Source: Trichormus sp. ATA11-4-KO1
Lineage (GTDB): Bacteria; Cyanobacteriota; Cyanobacteriia; Cyanobacteriales; Nostocaceae
Assembly (NCBI GenBank): GCA_019358915.1
Contig: JAHHIM010000073.1
Location: 256,001-320,000 of the forward strand
DNA: 64,000 nucleotides
Direction of reading: 5' to 3'
Below, piece by piece: positions 42,388 to 52,887 of this stretch. The position numbers and the translations under genes are program-made. A model generated the notes under the pieces. That model was not told the origin of the DNA, did no database searches, and saw only the letters and a program-made list of their open reading frames with translations. Numbering within the stretch: position 1 is the first letter of the stretch; every line of letters begins with the position of its first letter.

Positions 42388-42819
42388 CTAGCGAATTCGA
42401 GGTTTCACAATTGGTCTAGGCCCATCCGCTAGTTTGTCTCGGGTTTTTGGTGCTGGCGATCGCTCTTCCCGATCTTCATCAAAAGACATCCCATCTCGTC
42501 CCGGAGCATTGCTGCCGTAGATATCCAGGTATACTGATTGCCCGGCAAGTTCCGCAGCAGCAGCAATTACTGTCCTAATTGCCTGGATATTGCGTCCCCC
42601 TCGACCAAACACTTTCCCCTTATCTGTGCTTTCAAAGGCGATGCGAATCCAAGCCCGTTTGAGGGTGGGAGAAATTTCACAATCAACACTTAAAGTCTTG
42701 GGAGATTCTAAAAATGGTTGCATCAAAAACTTAACTAGCCCAACGTAGTTGGGACTAGCTGTGGGGGATGGCATTTTGGCTTTAGGATGCGGCTGTGGCA
42801 CTGACCTGTTCAAAAACAT
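42388..42819 (-). CDS. khpA: KH-domain RNA-binding protein (KhpA-like)
   Basis: [17 protein letters not shown]; conserved position after rpsP; start could be 42774. Confidence 0.85.
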   Translation of the reverse strand: MFLNRSVPQPHPKAKMPSPTASPNYVGLVKFLMQPFLESPKTLSVDCEISPTLKRAWIRIAFESTDKGKVFGRGGRNIQAIRTVIAAAAELAGQSVYLDIYGSNAPGRDGMSFDEDREERSPAPKTRDKLADGPRPIVKPRIR

Positions 42820-43042
42820 TGGCTTTTACTAAGATGCTACGGACGGTATCAGTAGGTTGAGCGCCTTGTTGTAGTCGCTTGACGATACCGGGAACATCTA
42901 GTCGCACTTCATCGGTTCTAGGGTTGTAGAATCCTAGTTCTTCTAGGGGACGGCCATCGCGGCGAGCAAGGCTGTTAATGGCGATAATGCGGTAACTTGC
43001 TTCCCGCTTTTTGCCGTATCGCTTCAAGCGCAATTTGATCAT
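42782..43042 (-). CDS. rpsP: 30S ribosomal protein S16
   Basis: [12 protein letters not shown]...RRDGR...GAQPTDTV. Confidence 0.97.
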   Translation of the reverse strand: MIKLRLKRYGKKREASYRIIAINSLARRDGRPLEELGFYNPRTDEVRLDVPGIVKRLQQGAQPTDTVRSILVKANVFEQVSATAAS

Positions 43043-43201
43043 GGTTGAGGAATTGTTCTCTTGTTTGTAGGTATGAGTTGGCAAAGAAGTAACCTGACTC
43101 GGGCTGCCGAGAAATTGCAGGTGATCCGCCTCTGCTCATAAATTCTAGTGTGGAAATGCTAATTTTAGCACTTGCCTAGCATTTGCTGCTATGAGTTAGT
43201 T

Positions 43202-44668
43202 TTAAAGATTGCCGAAGCCTTTCTTCTTCTTATCTTTGCTCTTTTTCTTTTTCGTGGTTGCGCCGCTATTGTAACCCCGCCATCCAGGGGCAGAGGGACG
43301 ATTGCCAGCACCTGCGAAGGCGTTTCCGCCACCGCCAAACATGCCTGGCATTCCCGGCATTCCTGGCATTTGGCCTTGACCCATTTGCTGCATGAGCGAT
43401 CGCATTTTCTGGAAATCACCCACCAATTTACTCACGTCTGCTTCTCTATAGCCAGATCCCTTGGCAATCCGTCGCCGCCGACTGGGTGAACTAGCTAATA
43501 AATCGGGGTCGTGGCGTTCTTGACGAGTCATGGAGTTAATCATGGCTTCGCAACGCTTTAGCTGGGTTTCTCCCTGCTTGAGCTGGTCATCTGAGAGCTT
43601 GTTCATCCCGGGAATCATCTTCATGATGCCTCCCAGTGACCCCATATTTTTCAGCAAGCGTAACTGTTTGAGAAAGTCGGTAAAGTCAAACTTCGCTGAC
43701 AGGATTTTCTCCTGCATTTTTTCAGCATCTGCTAAATCAAATTCTTCCTGGGCTTTTTCTACCAGGGTGAGAACATCACCCATTCCCAGAATCCGCGAAG
43801 CCATACGGTCAGGATAAAACGGTTGTAGTGCTTCGACTTTCTCGCCCACGCCGACAAATTTAATCGGCGCTCCCGAAATTTGCCGCACTGATAGCGCTGC
43901 ACCGCCACGGCTATCACCATCCAACTTGGTGAGAATTGCCCCAGTTATGCCAATTTGTTCGTGGAAGGTACGAGTCAGGTTTGCTGCCTCTTGACCAGTC
44001 ATAGAATCCACAACTAGCAGAGTTTCATGGGGTTGGACAGTTTCTTTGATGCGGGCTAATTCCGCCATCATATCTTCGTCGATTTGCAGACGACCAGCCG
44101 TATCAATAATGACTGTGTTTACACCTTCTGCCCTGCCACGTTCTACACCCTGACGGGCAATTTCTACTGGGTCTGCATCGCTACCCAGATCAAAAACTGG
44201 CACGTTAATTTGCTTACCTAACGTCACCAGCTGGTCAATCGCGGCTGGGCGATATACGTCTGTTGCTACCAATAAACAGCTACGCTCTAACTTACGTAAA
44301 TGTAAAGCTAACTTAGCAGTGGCTGTGGTTTTACCAGTACCTTGTAAACCAGCCATTAACACGATTGTGGGTTGTTCTTCGGCTGCTGCTAAGGGCACAT
44401 TTTCTTTCCCCATTACCTGTACCAACTCATCGTGAACAATTTTGATGAACTGTTGGTCAGGTCGCACGCCAGCCAGCACATCGGCTCCCTGTGCTTTGGC
44501 TTCGACTTCACTAATAAAATCTTTAACTACCTGGAGATTGACATCAGCCTCCAACAAGGCGCGGCGTACTTCCCGCAAAGCGTCTTGAATATTGGATTGA
44601 GATATTTTGTCCTGTCCCCGCAGTTTCTTCCAGGCACTTTCTAAACGGTCAGATAAAGCATCAAACAT
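43202..44668 (-). CDS. ffh: Signal recognition particle protein
   Basis: GLQGTGKTT, DTAGR, TKLDGD, M domain. Confidence 0.98.
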   Translation of the reverse strand: MFDALSDRLESAWKKLRGQDKISQSNIQDALREVRRALLEADVNLQVVKDFISEVEAKAQGADVLAGVRPDQQFIKIVHDELVQVMGKENVPLAAAEEQPTIVLMAGLQGTGKTTATAKLALHLRKLERSCLLVATDVYRPAAIDQLVTLGKQINVPVFDLGSDADPVEIARQGVERGRAEGVNTVIIDTAGRLQIDEDMMAELARIKETVQPHETLLVVDSMTGQEAANLTRTFHEQIGITGAILTKLDGDSRGGAALSVRQISGAPIKFVGVGEKVEALQPFYPDRMASRILGMGDVLTLVEKAQEEFDLADAEKMQEKILSAKFDFTDFLKQLRLLKNMGSLGGIMKMIPGMNKLSDDQLKQGETQLKRCEAMINSMTRQERHDPDLLASSPSRRRRIAKGSGYREADVSKLVGDFQKMRSLMQQMGQGQMPGMPGMPGMFGGGGNAFAGAGNRPSAPGWRGYNSGATTKKKKSKDKKKKGFGNL

Positions 44669-44874
44669 AATGTAATTACAGGTAGTTCGCCAGTAGGTAA
44701 AATTGCACCGCCCATGAATGCGATTCAGATTTTCCGCTCAAGTTTTAACGTGCTATTTACCAGCTTAGTAGTTTTCACCCCGACTTGAACAACCGGATAC
44801 GTACCTTTCTTGAGGTGGCAAACCGTCTTTTGGGTGTAAGTTCTGATTTTTATCTCAAACCCATAGCTTTTTGC

Positions 44875-44903
44875 TGACAAATCTCAAAATATGTTAGTTG
44901 TTA
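44875..44903. promoter_or_regulatory. Putative TetR operator, copy 1
   Basis: TGACAAATCTCAAAATATGTTAGTTGTTA; similar copies at 45528 and 45596. Confidence 0.65.
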
Positions 44904-44927
44904 ACTTTATGAAGTTACAGATAAACG

Positions 44928-45530
44928 ATGGAGTCAGCCGAGCATCCAGCCCAAAAAACTCGTGAATTAATATTAGCAACCGCAGAAGCTCATTTGCGAC
45001 GTTACGGTTATGCACGAACCACCGTTAGCGAAATTGCTCGTGCTTGCAAAATGTCTCACGCCAATGTGTATCGGTTTTTCAAAACCAAAGCCGAGATAAT
45101 TGACGCAGTAATTGAGCGATGGCTGACTGGAATTGAACAAGCTTTAAGCGCGATCGCTAATCAACAAAACTCTGCCTATGAACGACTCTACGCTTATGTT
45201 CTAGAGTTACATCGGATTAAACGGGCAAAACTTTCGAATGATGTGGAACTCTTTGAAGCTCTCATTGCCATTGTGGAGGCAGACCGGCAAGTAGTAGAAC
45301 AGCATTTACGTAGATTAAATTCTATTCTTCAAGAAATTCTTGTCAGTGGAGTGCAGCGCGGCGAATTCCGAATTAAGAATATCGAGCAAGCCACCACAGC
45401 CGTTAGTGCTGCAACTATAAAGTTCCATCATCCCCTGATGATCAAAGAATCCTGGGATGAGGCAACAGAACAACAAATATACACAGTGGTTAAACTTTTA
45501 ACAACATCTCTAGCTGCTGGCTGTATATAA
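44928..45530 (+). CDS. TetR family regulator
   Basis: GYARTTVSEIARACKMSHANVYRFFKTK HTH. Confidence 0.92.
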   Translation: MESAEHPAQKTRELILATAEAHLRRYGYARTTVSEIARACKMSHANVYRFFKTKAEIIDAVIERWLTGIEQALSAIANQQNSAYERLYAYVLELHRIKRAKLSNDVELFEALIAIVEADRQVVEQHLRRLNSILQEILVSGVQRGEFRIKNIEQATTAVSAATIKFHHPLMIKESWDEATEQQIYTVVKLLTTSLAAGCI

Positions 45531-45624
45531 CAGATTTTAAAATTTGTAAGTTGTCATTATTCTTTGTGTACGATAGGATGCATTTAGTCATTTAATGACA
45601 AATTTCAAAATTTGCAAGTTGTTA
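45528..45624. promoter_or_regulatory. Putative TetR operator, copies 2 and 3
   Basis: 45528-45556 TAACAGATTTTAAAATTTGTAAGTTGTCA; 45596-45624 TGACAAATTTCAAAATTTGCAAGTTGTTA. Confidence 0.65.
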
Positions 45625-45631
45625 TGAAGCC

Positions 45632-46594
45632 ATGATGCAAGCGTTTGTGACTGGTGGTTCTGGGTTTGTGGGTAGTCACCTAATCAGTTTGCTGCAAGAG
45701 CGAGGTTATACAGTGAAGGCATTGGCGCGATCGCCTCAAGCAGCACAGCGAGTAGCAGTATTAGGGGCAAAAGTTGTTCTGGGTGATTTACTAAACGAGC
45801 CAGCAATGATGCAGGGAATGCAAGGGTGTGAGGTGGTGTTTCACGTTGCAGGCTTTCTAGGTGGTTGGGGTAAATACAAGGCATTTTATGAAGCAAATGT
45901 CATAGGAACAGAGCGATCGCTACGTGCAGCTAAAACGGCTGGTGTTTCCCGCTTTGTGCAGGTGGGTGCGTCAGCCGTAGTCATGGATAAACAGGCAATT
46001 TTTAATGCTGATGAAAGTCTTCCCTTACAGCCATCATCCTTTTCAGCCTACATCGCTACCAAAAGTCTGGCGGAACAGCGAGTAATTGCCGCGAATGCAC
46101 CAGGATTTATCACATCAGTAGTTCGTCCTTCATGGATTTGGGGGAAAGGTGACCATGCAATTCCCAATATTGCTAATGCAGTCCGCCACAATCAATTTAT
46201 TTGGATTGATCAGGGTAATTATCCTTACGTCACAACGGTAACTAACGTTTGTCATGGAACTATCTTGGCAGCTGAGCGTAGTCTTGGAGGTCAGGCTTAC
46301 TTTCTGGGTGATGATGGAGTTGTGAACTTTCGTGATTGGGTAACAACACTACTGCAAATAGAAGGAGTCAATCCTGGAAACAGAAGCATTCCTTACGCTT
46401 TTGCCTGGAGGATTGCGGGTTTTCTAGAATTTTTGTGGAAAATCCAACAACGGGATGATATGCCACCCATAACTCAAACTATGGCGAGATTAATTGGTAG
46501 AGGATTTACCTTTAGCGATCGCAAAGCCCGTGATGAATTGGGTTATGTGCCAATCGTGACTCGTGAACAAGGATTAGCAGAACTTAGCCCATAA
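45632..46594 (+). CDS. NAD-dependent epimerase/dehydratase (3-beta-HSD-like extended SDR)
   Basis: TGGSGFVG, YIATK (YxxxK), RPSWIWG. Confidence 0.9.
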   Translation: MMQAFVTGGSGFVGSHLISLLQERGYTVKALARSPQAAQRVAVLGAKVVLGDLLNEPAMMQGMQGCEVVFHVAGFLGGWGKYKAFYEANVIGTERSLRAAKTAGVSRFVQVGASAVVMDKQAIFNADESLPLQPSSFSAYIATKSLAEQRVIAANAPGFITSVVRPSWIWGKGDHAIPNIANAVRHNQFIWIDQGNYPYVTTVTNVCHGTILAAERSLGGQAYFLGDDGVVNFRDWVTTLLQIEGVNPGNRSIPYAFAWRIAGFLEFLWKIQQRDDMPPITQTMARLIGRGFTFSDRKARDELGYVPIVTREQGLAELSP

Positions 46595-46677
46595 CACGTA
46601 GCAACTTGCCATAGACATTACCCTCATTAATCAATATACAGTGAGAGTAAAATTGAGATAATACATCAAATATAGCT

Positions 46678-47331
46678 ATGATTAGTAACACTTTAATTGA
46701 ACCAACAGAAATCGTCCATTTATCAGGTATTAGTTGGCAAACCTATGAAAACTTGCTCACTGAACTTAGTGTTAATCGCCGCCTGCGACTTACCTATAAT
46801 CGCGGTACTTTAGAAATCATGGTTCCTTCTCCTGAACACGAACGTTATAAAAGTCTAGTAGGTCGATTTGTCGAAACTCTCGCTGAAGAACTAGAAGTTA
46901 GAATTGAACCGCTTGGTTCTACCACTTTCAAACGCCCAGAATTAAGTGGTGCTGAACCAGATGAATGCTTTTATTTGAAAAATGTTAATTTTATTAAAGG
47001 CAAAAAAAGAATTGATTTGCAACAAGACCCGCCACCAGATTTAGTAGTGGAAGTTGATATTACCAGCAGTGCTAAAAATCGCTTTCAAGTTTACGCTGAT
47101 ATGGGTGTGCCAGAAATTTGGCGATATGATGGCAATGATTTTAGTATAAATATTTTGCAAGATAAACAATATATAGCTGTTGAGCAAAGCTTATCTTTTC
47201 CCAATCTGCCACTAACAGAAATTGCTGATTTTTTACAACAGGTGGGAGAAAAAGATTATTTAGAATTAGTCAAAGAATTTCGTAACTGGGTGAAAAGCCA
47301 AATTCAACAAAAAAATTCAACCACAGATTAA
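46678..47331 (+). CDS. Uma2 family putative endonuclease
   Basis: ISWQTY, LEIMVPSPEHE, EPDECFY, PPDLVVEVD, GVPEIWRY. Confidence 0.92.
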   Translation: MISNTLIEPTEIVHLSGISWQTYENLLTELSVNRRLRLTYNRGTLEIMVPSPEHERYKSLVGRFVETLAEELEVRIEPLGSTTFKRPELSGAEPDECFYLKNVNFIKGKKRIDLQQDPPPDLVVEVDITSSAKNRFQVYADMGVPEIWRYDGNDFSINILQDKQYIAVEQSLSFPNLPLTEIADFLQQVGEKDYLELVKEFRNWVKSQIQQKNSTTD

Positions 47332-47348
47332 GACATGGTATTCCCTAA

Positions 47349-48725
47349 TTACGAATTAGACAAATCTTCTACGTCACTGGCTGCATTTGGTAACGCGGCT
47401 GTGAGAACTTCACTACCCGTTTCTGTAACTAAAACATCATCTTCTATGCGAATTCCTCGCACATCGGCAAATTGAGATAATCGTTGCCAATTCACCACAT
47501 TTTCATATTTTGCCCGCATTTCTCTATTATTTAAAATGGCTGGGACTTGATAAAATCCCGGTTCAATTGTCACCAACATCCCTGGACAAAGGGGACGATT
47601 TAAACGCAGGTAGCCCCAGCCAAAGCGATCGCTCCTTGTTCTTCCCTCTTCATAGCCTGCTAAATCGCCTAAGTCTTCCATATCATGCACATCTAAGCCG
47701 AGTAGATGACCGATACCGTGGGGAAAAAACAGGGCGTGAGCATCCATTTCGACTAAATCTTGGGGATTTCCTGGTAAAATGCCTAAATCTACCAAACCTT
47801 CAGCGATGACTGTAGCGGCTAGTAGATGAATATCCTTATACTCTACATCAGGGCGTATTTTGGCAATGCACGCATCATGAGCTGCCAGTACCACATCATA
47901 AATATCTCTTTGGGTAGATGAAAATTTGCCAGAAACTGGCCAAGTTCGCGTGACATCAGCAGCCCATCCCATCTCGGTTTCTGCACCCACATCAGCAAGC
48001 AATAAGTCACCTGGTTTTAGCGGATGGTAATATTGCTCGTTATGTAAAACTTCGCCGTGGACGGTAACAATACTGTTGTAGGAAGTAGTCATGTTGTGAG
48101 ATATGATGACTCCTTCTATAGCCGCTCGGACTTCTGCTTCTAGTTTCGCTTTTGATGTGGCTGCCATACCAGCTTTGTGTGCTGCAACGGTAACAGCAGC
48201 TGCTTTGCGTAATTCAGTTAATGCGCTTTCATCATGGGAGAGGCGGAGGGAGATGATGGCTTTGGCTAACTCTAAGTCAATTTCTTGGGGAGGTTGTTGT
48301 GGTAACACCCATCTTTTTAATAGCTGGGACTGCTGCGTCCAAGTAGCGGCATCTTGCACAGCGATTGTGGCTGCACCTTCTAGCCGAGATTCTAATTCTG
48401 CCATTGGTCGAGCAGCATCAGCGCCTATTTTCTGGGCTATTTCGTCACGGGTGGGCATTTCTCCATGCCAAAGGGCGCTGCTAGGTTGAGGATCATCTAT
48501 GAATAGTTCTAGCTTGCCTGCTTCTAGGCGAATAGCAGCGTTTGGCAATGGCAATCCAGCAAAATAAAGGAAGTGGCTGCTGGCGCGAAATGGGTAGACG
48601 TTGGCAGGGAAGTTGCGCGGATTGCTACTTCCTGACCACAAAATTGCGGGAAAATCGATGAGGTTAGTTAGTTGTTGACGTCGATGGCGTAGGGTATCAA
48701 CGAGGGAGTTCGAGGTTTTTTGCAT
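47349..48725 (-). CDS. pepP: Xaa-Pro aminopeptidase (M24B)
   Basis: ADVTRTWP, HGIGHLLGLDVHD, TIEPGFY, GIRIEDD. Confidence 0.92.
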   Translation of the reverse strand: MQKTSNSLVDTLRHRRQQLTNLIDFPAILWSGSSNPRNFPANVYPFRASSHFLYFAGLPLPNAAIRLEAGKLELFIDDPQPSSALWHGEMPTRDEIAQKIGADAARPMAELESRLEGAATIAVQDAATWTQQSQLLKRWVLPQQPPQEIDLELAKAIISLRLSHDESALTELRKAAAVTVAAHKAGMAATSKAKLEAEVRAAIEGVIISHNMTTSYNSIVTVHGEVLHNEQYYHPLKPGDLLLADVGAETEMGWAADVTRTWPVSGKFSSTQRDIYDVVLAAHDACIAKIRPDVEYKDIHLLAATVIAEGLVDLGILPGNPQDLVEMDAHALFFPHGIGHLLGLDVHDMEDLGDLAGYEEGRTRSDRFGWGYLRLNRPLCPGMLVTIEPGFYQVPAILNNREMRAKYENVVNWQRLSQFADVRGIRIEDDVLVTETGSEVLTAALPNAASDVEDLSNS

Positions 48726-48782
48726 AACATAAATGGTGTAAATATTCTGAACTTACTTCCAGGCTTCATGACTACCTCAAAC

Positions 48783-49301
48783 TTATCTCATAAGGTTGAG
48801 ATAAGTTTTTGCAGCGCTGGGACTTAATGCGCCGTTTTCAATACTGCGATCGCGATCGCCAGGGATAAAACTGTCCTGTACAGCGCTAATGCTCACGGCA
48901 ACCACAATTCCAGGCTCTTGAACCAACTCAAATCTCTGTAATCCAATAGTCCAAACAGTAGCATCATAAAGCTGAGCCACCGCTACGACAGAGGCATCCT
49001 CTAAACTTCCTTGCCAGTCTGGTATCTGACGAACCATGCTGTAAATATCCTGAAACATTTCCATGCTCAGTGGTACGGTTACTGTGCTCTCGCTAATGAC
49101 AGCTAATGCAGTCATTGCAGCATGGCTCGATTGTTCTCGCAGCACAAACTTGTAAACTTCAAACAACACTGGTATAGGAGTAAGAACTTCACCAAACAAC
49201 GCTGGTAACTGACTAAAACCTGCTTTGCATTCCTGATGGTAGTCATCTTGGACAGAAACCAGGGCAATCAAGGGGCCTGCATCCAAAACAAGACGCTTCA
49301 T
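48783..49301 (-). pseudogene. VapC/PIN toxin with a +1 frameshift near 48945 (ancestral stop at 48893-48895)
   Basis: VLDAGPLIA, E, SLEDAS; the shifted frame restores VWT-x-DYRDLSWFKSLELWLP*. Confidence 0.7.
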
Positions 49302-49513
49302 CCTTGTATCAAATAATTCTCATTAACTGATGCATCCGTAGGAGCATTTTCTACGATTCCTGCTAACGATAGTAGCCTTGAACTATTTTTGGGACGTAAC
49401 TTTTCTGCCAGTGCTGCCTGTACAACACTTGATGGATTTTGTTCTGGGTGGTCTTTTAAGTATTCGTTAAGTTGTGTCCACAACTCATCAGGAATATAAA
49501 GTGTTCGTTTCAT
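49298..49513 (-). CDS. RHH-type antitoxin
   Basis: MKRTLYIPDELW, LLSLAGIV...DAS; ATGA overlap with the PIN gene. Confidence 0.8.
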   Translation of the reverse strand: MKRTLYIPDELWTQLNEYLKDHPEQNPSSVVQAALAEKLRPKNSSRLLSLAGIVENAPTDASVNENYLIQG

Positions 49514-49530
49514 CTTGTTAGCCTCTGCAA

Positions 49531-49548
49531 GTACAACCTTAGTTGTAC
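49531..49548. promoter_or_regulatory. Probable TA autoregulatory operator
   Basis: Perfect GTACAAC-N4-GTTGTAC just downstream of minus-strand -10 TAAAAT (49553-49558). Confidence 0.65.
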
Positions 49549-49700
49549 CTCCATTTTACTTGCTGGAGCGCGAACGCTAATCGTAGCGGAATTTATCGGG
49601 CTATATTTCTATGGGAAAATACTTAAAAAAGTTGCTTTACTGTTTTAGTCACGGCCACTGATTGAACCACAAAAAACTATAGGCAAGAAGTGAGGATTAG

Positions 49701-50498
49701 ATGGGACAGGTTATTACTCAAGTTGATGCTTTTACTGATAAAGCTTTTGCGGGGAATCCGGCGGCTGTTTGTGTTTTGTCTGAGTCTCAAGATGATGGCT
49801 GGATGCAGAATGTGGCGCAGGAGATGAATTTATCTGAGACGGCTTTTCTGGTGAGGCAGGATGATGGTTTTAGTTTGCGCTGGTTTACACCCACTATGGA
49901 AGTACCACTTTGTGGTCACGCAACTTTGGCTAGCGCTCATGTACTTTGGTCTGAGGGGCATTTGTTACCTGATGCAGTTGCCCGGTTTTATACTAAAAGC
50001 GGTGTTTTGATGGCCAAGCGGTTGGGTGAGTGGATTGAGTTAGATTTTCCTGTGAACCGCTCACAAGCAACTGTCGCCCCTCCAGCACTGAGTGAGGCTT
50101 TGGGTGTACCTTGTAAATCTGTTTTACAGAATTCTTTGGGGTATTTAGTAGAAGTAGAGTCTGAAGATGTGGTAAGGCAAATGCAGCCTAATTTTCAGCA
50201 ACTGAAAACTTTGCCTGTGGCGAAGGTAATTGTGACTAGCCTGACTCATCCTGATTCAAAGTATGATTTCGTCTCTCGCTTCTTTGCACCGGGAGTAGGA
50301 ATTGATGAAGATCCGGTGACTGGATCTGCCCATTGTTGCTTGGCAGCTTTCTGGTGCGATCGCCTGGGTAAGGATGAGTTTTTGGCTGATCAAGCATCCC
50401 GTCGCGGTGGTGTAGTTAAGGTGCGGTATCCAGGAGGCGATCGCGTGTTTCTCTCTGGACAAGCAGTAACTGTAATGCGAGGCGAATTGTTGACTTAA
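49701..50498 (+). CDS. PhzF family isomerase
   Basis: QVDAFT, GNPAAV, NLSETAF, CGHATLA, EDPVTGSAH. Confidence 0.95.
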   Translation: MGQVITQVDAFTDKAFAGNPAAVCVLSESQDDGWMQNVAQEMNLSETAFLVRQDDGFSLRWFTPTMEVPLCGHATLASAHVLWSEGHLLPDAVARFYTKSGVLMAKRLGEWIELDFPVNRSQATVAPPALSEALGVPCKSVLQNSLGYLVEVESEDVVRQMQPNFQQLKTLPVAKVIVTSLTHPDSKYDFVSRFFAPGVGIDEDPVTGSAHCCLAAFWCDRLGKDEFLADQASRRGGVVKVRYPGGDRVFLSGQAVTVMRGELLT

Positions 50499-50953
50499 GA
50501 TGCATCCGGCAAAAACTCAGTATCCATAATTTGGGCAATACTGTAAGGACACTCCACGGGAAATTTATCCTGTGGTAGTTCAGTTTCATTCATAGCCGCC
50601 TTCAATCCGCGATGGTAGCACTCAGCTAAAACCTCTTCTGGATATGATTTGAGACTAGGACTATCTTGCAATAAATCTGCTATGCGGTTGCGTTGCTCAT
50701 CAATGGTATTTCGCCAGGAGCCACTCCGTAAAATAGACTGATATTGCCACTTGAGCAAATGCTGAATTAACACCTCCAAACGACTTTTCAACTCCCGCCG
50801 ATCTGACCGCCCCAAGCTTTCAATTTCCTCAATCACAGCATCCCAATCTACTTGTGCAAATTTTCCAGCCCGAATGAGTTGCACAGTCTGTTCTGTCCAT
50901 GCTACAAAGTCTGTTTCATACAAATGAGGTATAGTTTTTGAGATCGGGGTCAT
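50495..50953 (-). CDS. DUF29 family protein
   Basis: LYETDFVAW, IEEIESLGRS, HLLKWQYQ, SW, SPSLK, CPY. Confidence 0.92.
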   Translation of the reverse strand: MTPISKTIPHLYETDFVAWTEQTVQLIRAGKFAQVDWDAVIEEIESLGRSDRRELKSRLEVLIQHLLKWQYQSILRSGSWRNTIDEQRNRIADLLQDSPSLKSYPEEVLAECYHRGLKAAMNETELPQDKFPVECPYSIAQIMDTEFLPDAS

Positions 50954-51059
50954 ATGCTCTGGTAATCCACGGTGGAAGAGCTAGATTTAGAATATTTTAC
51001 TCTTATGTTAACTTCAGGTGGGATATATATTGTAATTTGTCTAACCTGAAATAGCTCAT

Positions 51060-51598
51060 ATGACATTTTATGCATCAGACAATTCTAATAGCATTGAAGT
51101 AAATGAAATTTGCTTTGAAACTTTGGTTGCTGAAGAAACAATTTGTCTGCCCAAGTATGGGGAACAAACATCTGTTCAATTTGGTGTTCGCATTGTTAAT
51201 AAAACATCAACTCTCTATCGCTTTGATTTGCCCTATTTCTTACCAGAAATATTAAATAATTACGGACAATTTATGCAAATTTCTTTAAATAAAAATGCAA
51301 CAAGGGAGGTAGAGGAATCAGATATCCCGTTAATCATTCCTGGAGAAAGTTGGGAATTTTAATAGATGCTCAATTTAGTTGGTACGGCGAAAATTGTCTA
51401 CAGCTTTTAGGGAATGCAATTTATGGCGGTATTTGGATTTTCTGGTACATTCAGTCTGGCAAATATCAAGTTAGGTTCACCTATGAAAATCAATTATTTA
51501 AGAAAAAAATGATTACCTTGAAAGAAGGAAGAATTGAATTGGATAGATTTTGGACAGGGAAAATCATAACATCTTTTAAAAGCTTGTATCTCAGCTAA
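51060..51598 (+). pseudogene. Hypothetical protein split by a 1-nt frameshift in a T-run at about 51357-51360
   Basis: Adding one T joins ...PGESWEF to LIDAQFSW...; the two ORFs overlap. Confidence 0.6.
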
Positions 51599-51642
51599 AG
51601 CTTCAATATATATTGAAATAGGTTTATCTTTTGGTTACACAA

Positions 51643-52080
51643 ATGCCTGCTCAACAAAAAAACAACCGAAGTCCTCTCACATCTTGTGACTGGCCAATTG
51701 AGGAACTACCGGGATTAAGTCAGGAAGAAAAATCCCGATTCCAAAATTGTGGAATTAAAACCACAAAAGAACTCATCAAACACGGAAAAACTGCTGAAAC
51801 TAGGGTGAACTTAGCCAATAAATTGCAAGTAAATCTTCAGTATGTAAATAAATGGATTGCCCTAGCCGATTTGTCCCGAATTCCTAGCGTGGGAATGCAA
51901 TATTGCGGTCTATTACTTCATGCAGGTATTGGTTCTGTAGCACAATTATCTCAAACTCCCACCCACAGATTGCATCAACAAATTATGCGCTTGCAAGTAG
52001 CAACAATGCAACGCCGAGATTTGTGTCCCGCCATTGAGTTAGTGCAGCAATGGAGTCAACAAGCAAAACAAATTACCTAA
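51643..52080 (+). CDS. DUF4332 (HhH-containing) protein
   Basis: WPIEELPGL, KWIALADLSRIPSVG, YCGLLLHAGI. Confidence 0.85.
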   Translation: MPAQQKNNRSPLTSCDWPIEELPGLSQEEKSRFQNCGIKTTKELIKHGKTAETRVNLANKLQVNLQYVNKWIALADLSRIPSVGMQYCGLLLHAGIGSVAQLSQTPTHRLHQQIMRLQVATMQRRDLCPAIELVQQWSQQAKQIT

Positions 52081-52084
52081 AACT

Positions 52085-52120
52085 CGTTCATCAGCGTTCA
52101 TCGGCGTTCATCGGCGTTCA
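52085..52120. repeat. (CGTTCATCGG)n decamer tandem
   Basis: CGTTCATCAGCGTTCATCGGCGTTCATCGGCGTTCA between convergent genes. Confidence 0.8.
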
Positions 52121-52121
52121 A

Positions 52122-52736
52122 TTATTCCTTAGCTAAGACTCCATTGAGAAAAATATCAGCCAATCCTTCAGCCATCTGCTGCATTTCTTGGGGCGAAGCG
52201 TCGGGTTCCATCAGGGTGTTGTCAGAAAAACCCGCGATCGCAAACATTCCTAAGAAAACTTTGGCAACTAGTTTGGCATCAGTTTGACGATAAATGCCTT
52301 TATCCATAGCTGTTTGAAAGAAAGCTTCGGCCACATCCGTCATTTTGTTAATCACTTCGATTTGAATGCGATCGCGCAAGTCTGGATGAAACTGCACTTC
52401 CATGAAACAAACGCGCATCAAATCGACATTTTTGTGTAAATTCCACATTCGACGGCGCATCACCTGGGCAACAGCCTTATAACTGCCCATTTCGCTCAAT
52501 TCTGTGAGCAAATCTGTTAAAATGTCCACCCAGCCACTAGTAGCTACCTCAACTAAAATTGACTTTTTATTGGGAAAATGGCGAAACAGGGTGCCCTCAG
52601 CAACTCCTGCTGCTTGGGCTAAATCGCGGGTGGTAGTGCCATCAAATCCCTTAGAGGCAAACAAACGCTGTGCCGCCTGTAAAATGCGGGTGCGTGTTTG
52701 TGCTTCTGAGGGTGGGGGAGAATTAAAAACTCGCAT
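52122..52736 (-). CDS. TetR/AcrR family regulator
   Basis: GFDGTTTRDLAQAAGVAEGTLFRHFPNK. Confidence 0.93.
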   Translation of the reverse strand: MRVFNSPPPSEAQTRTRILQAAQRLFASKGFDGTTTRDLAQAAGVAEGTLFRHFPNKKSILVEVATSGWVDILTDLLTELSEMGSYKAVAQVMRRRMWNLHKNVDLMRVCFMEVQFHPDLRDRIQIEVINKMTDVAEAFFQTAMDKGIYRQTDAKLVAKVFLGMFAIAGFSDNTLMEPDASPQEMQQMAEGLADIFLNGVLAKE

Positions 52737-52887
52737 AAAAATTATTGTGTGATCTTCGGAACACGACTTGTAGCATTATTGTCTAACGTCAGGTACAAAA
52801 AGCACAGAAAGCTTAATACAAGATTAACGCCCTGTTTGGTAGGTAGCATGTTTCTCAGGTAGTGGAACTTTAGTTTAATTGTCGCTT

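Noticed and set aside
43072..43139. Structured leader upstream of rpsP (ATGAG...CTCAT)
   Set aside because: Only short pairings are visible and cannot be distinguished from chance without covariation.
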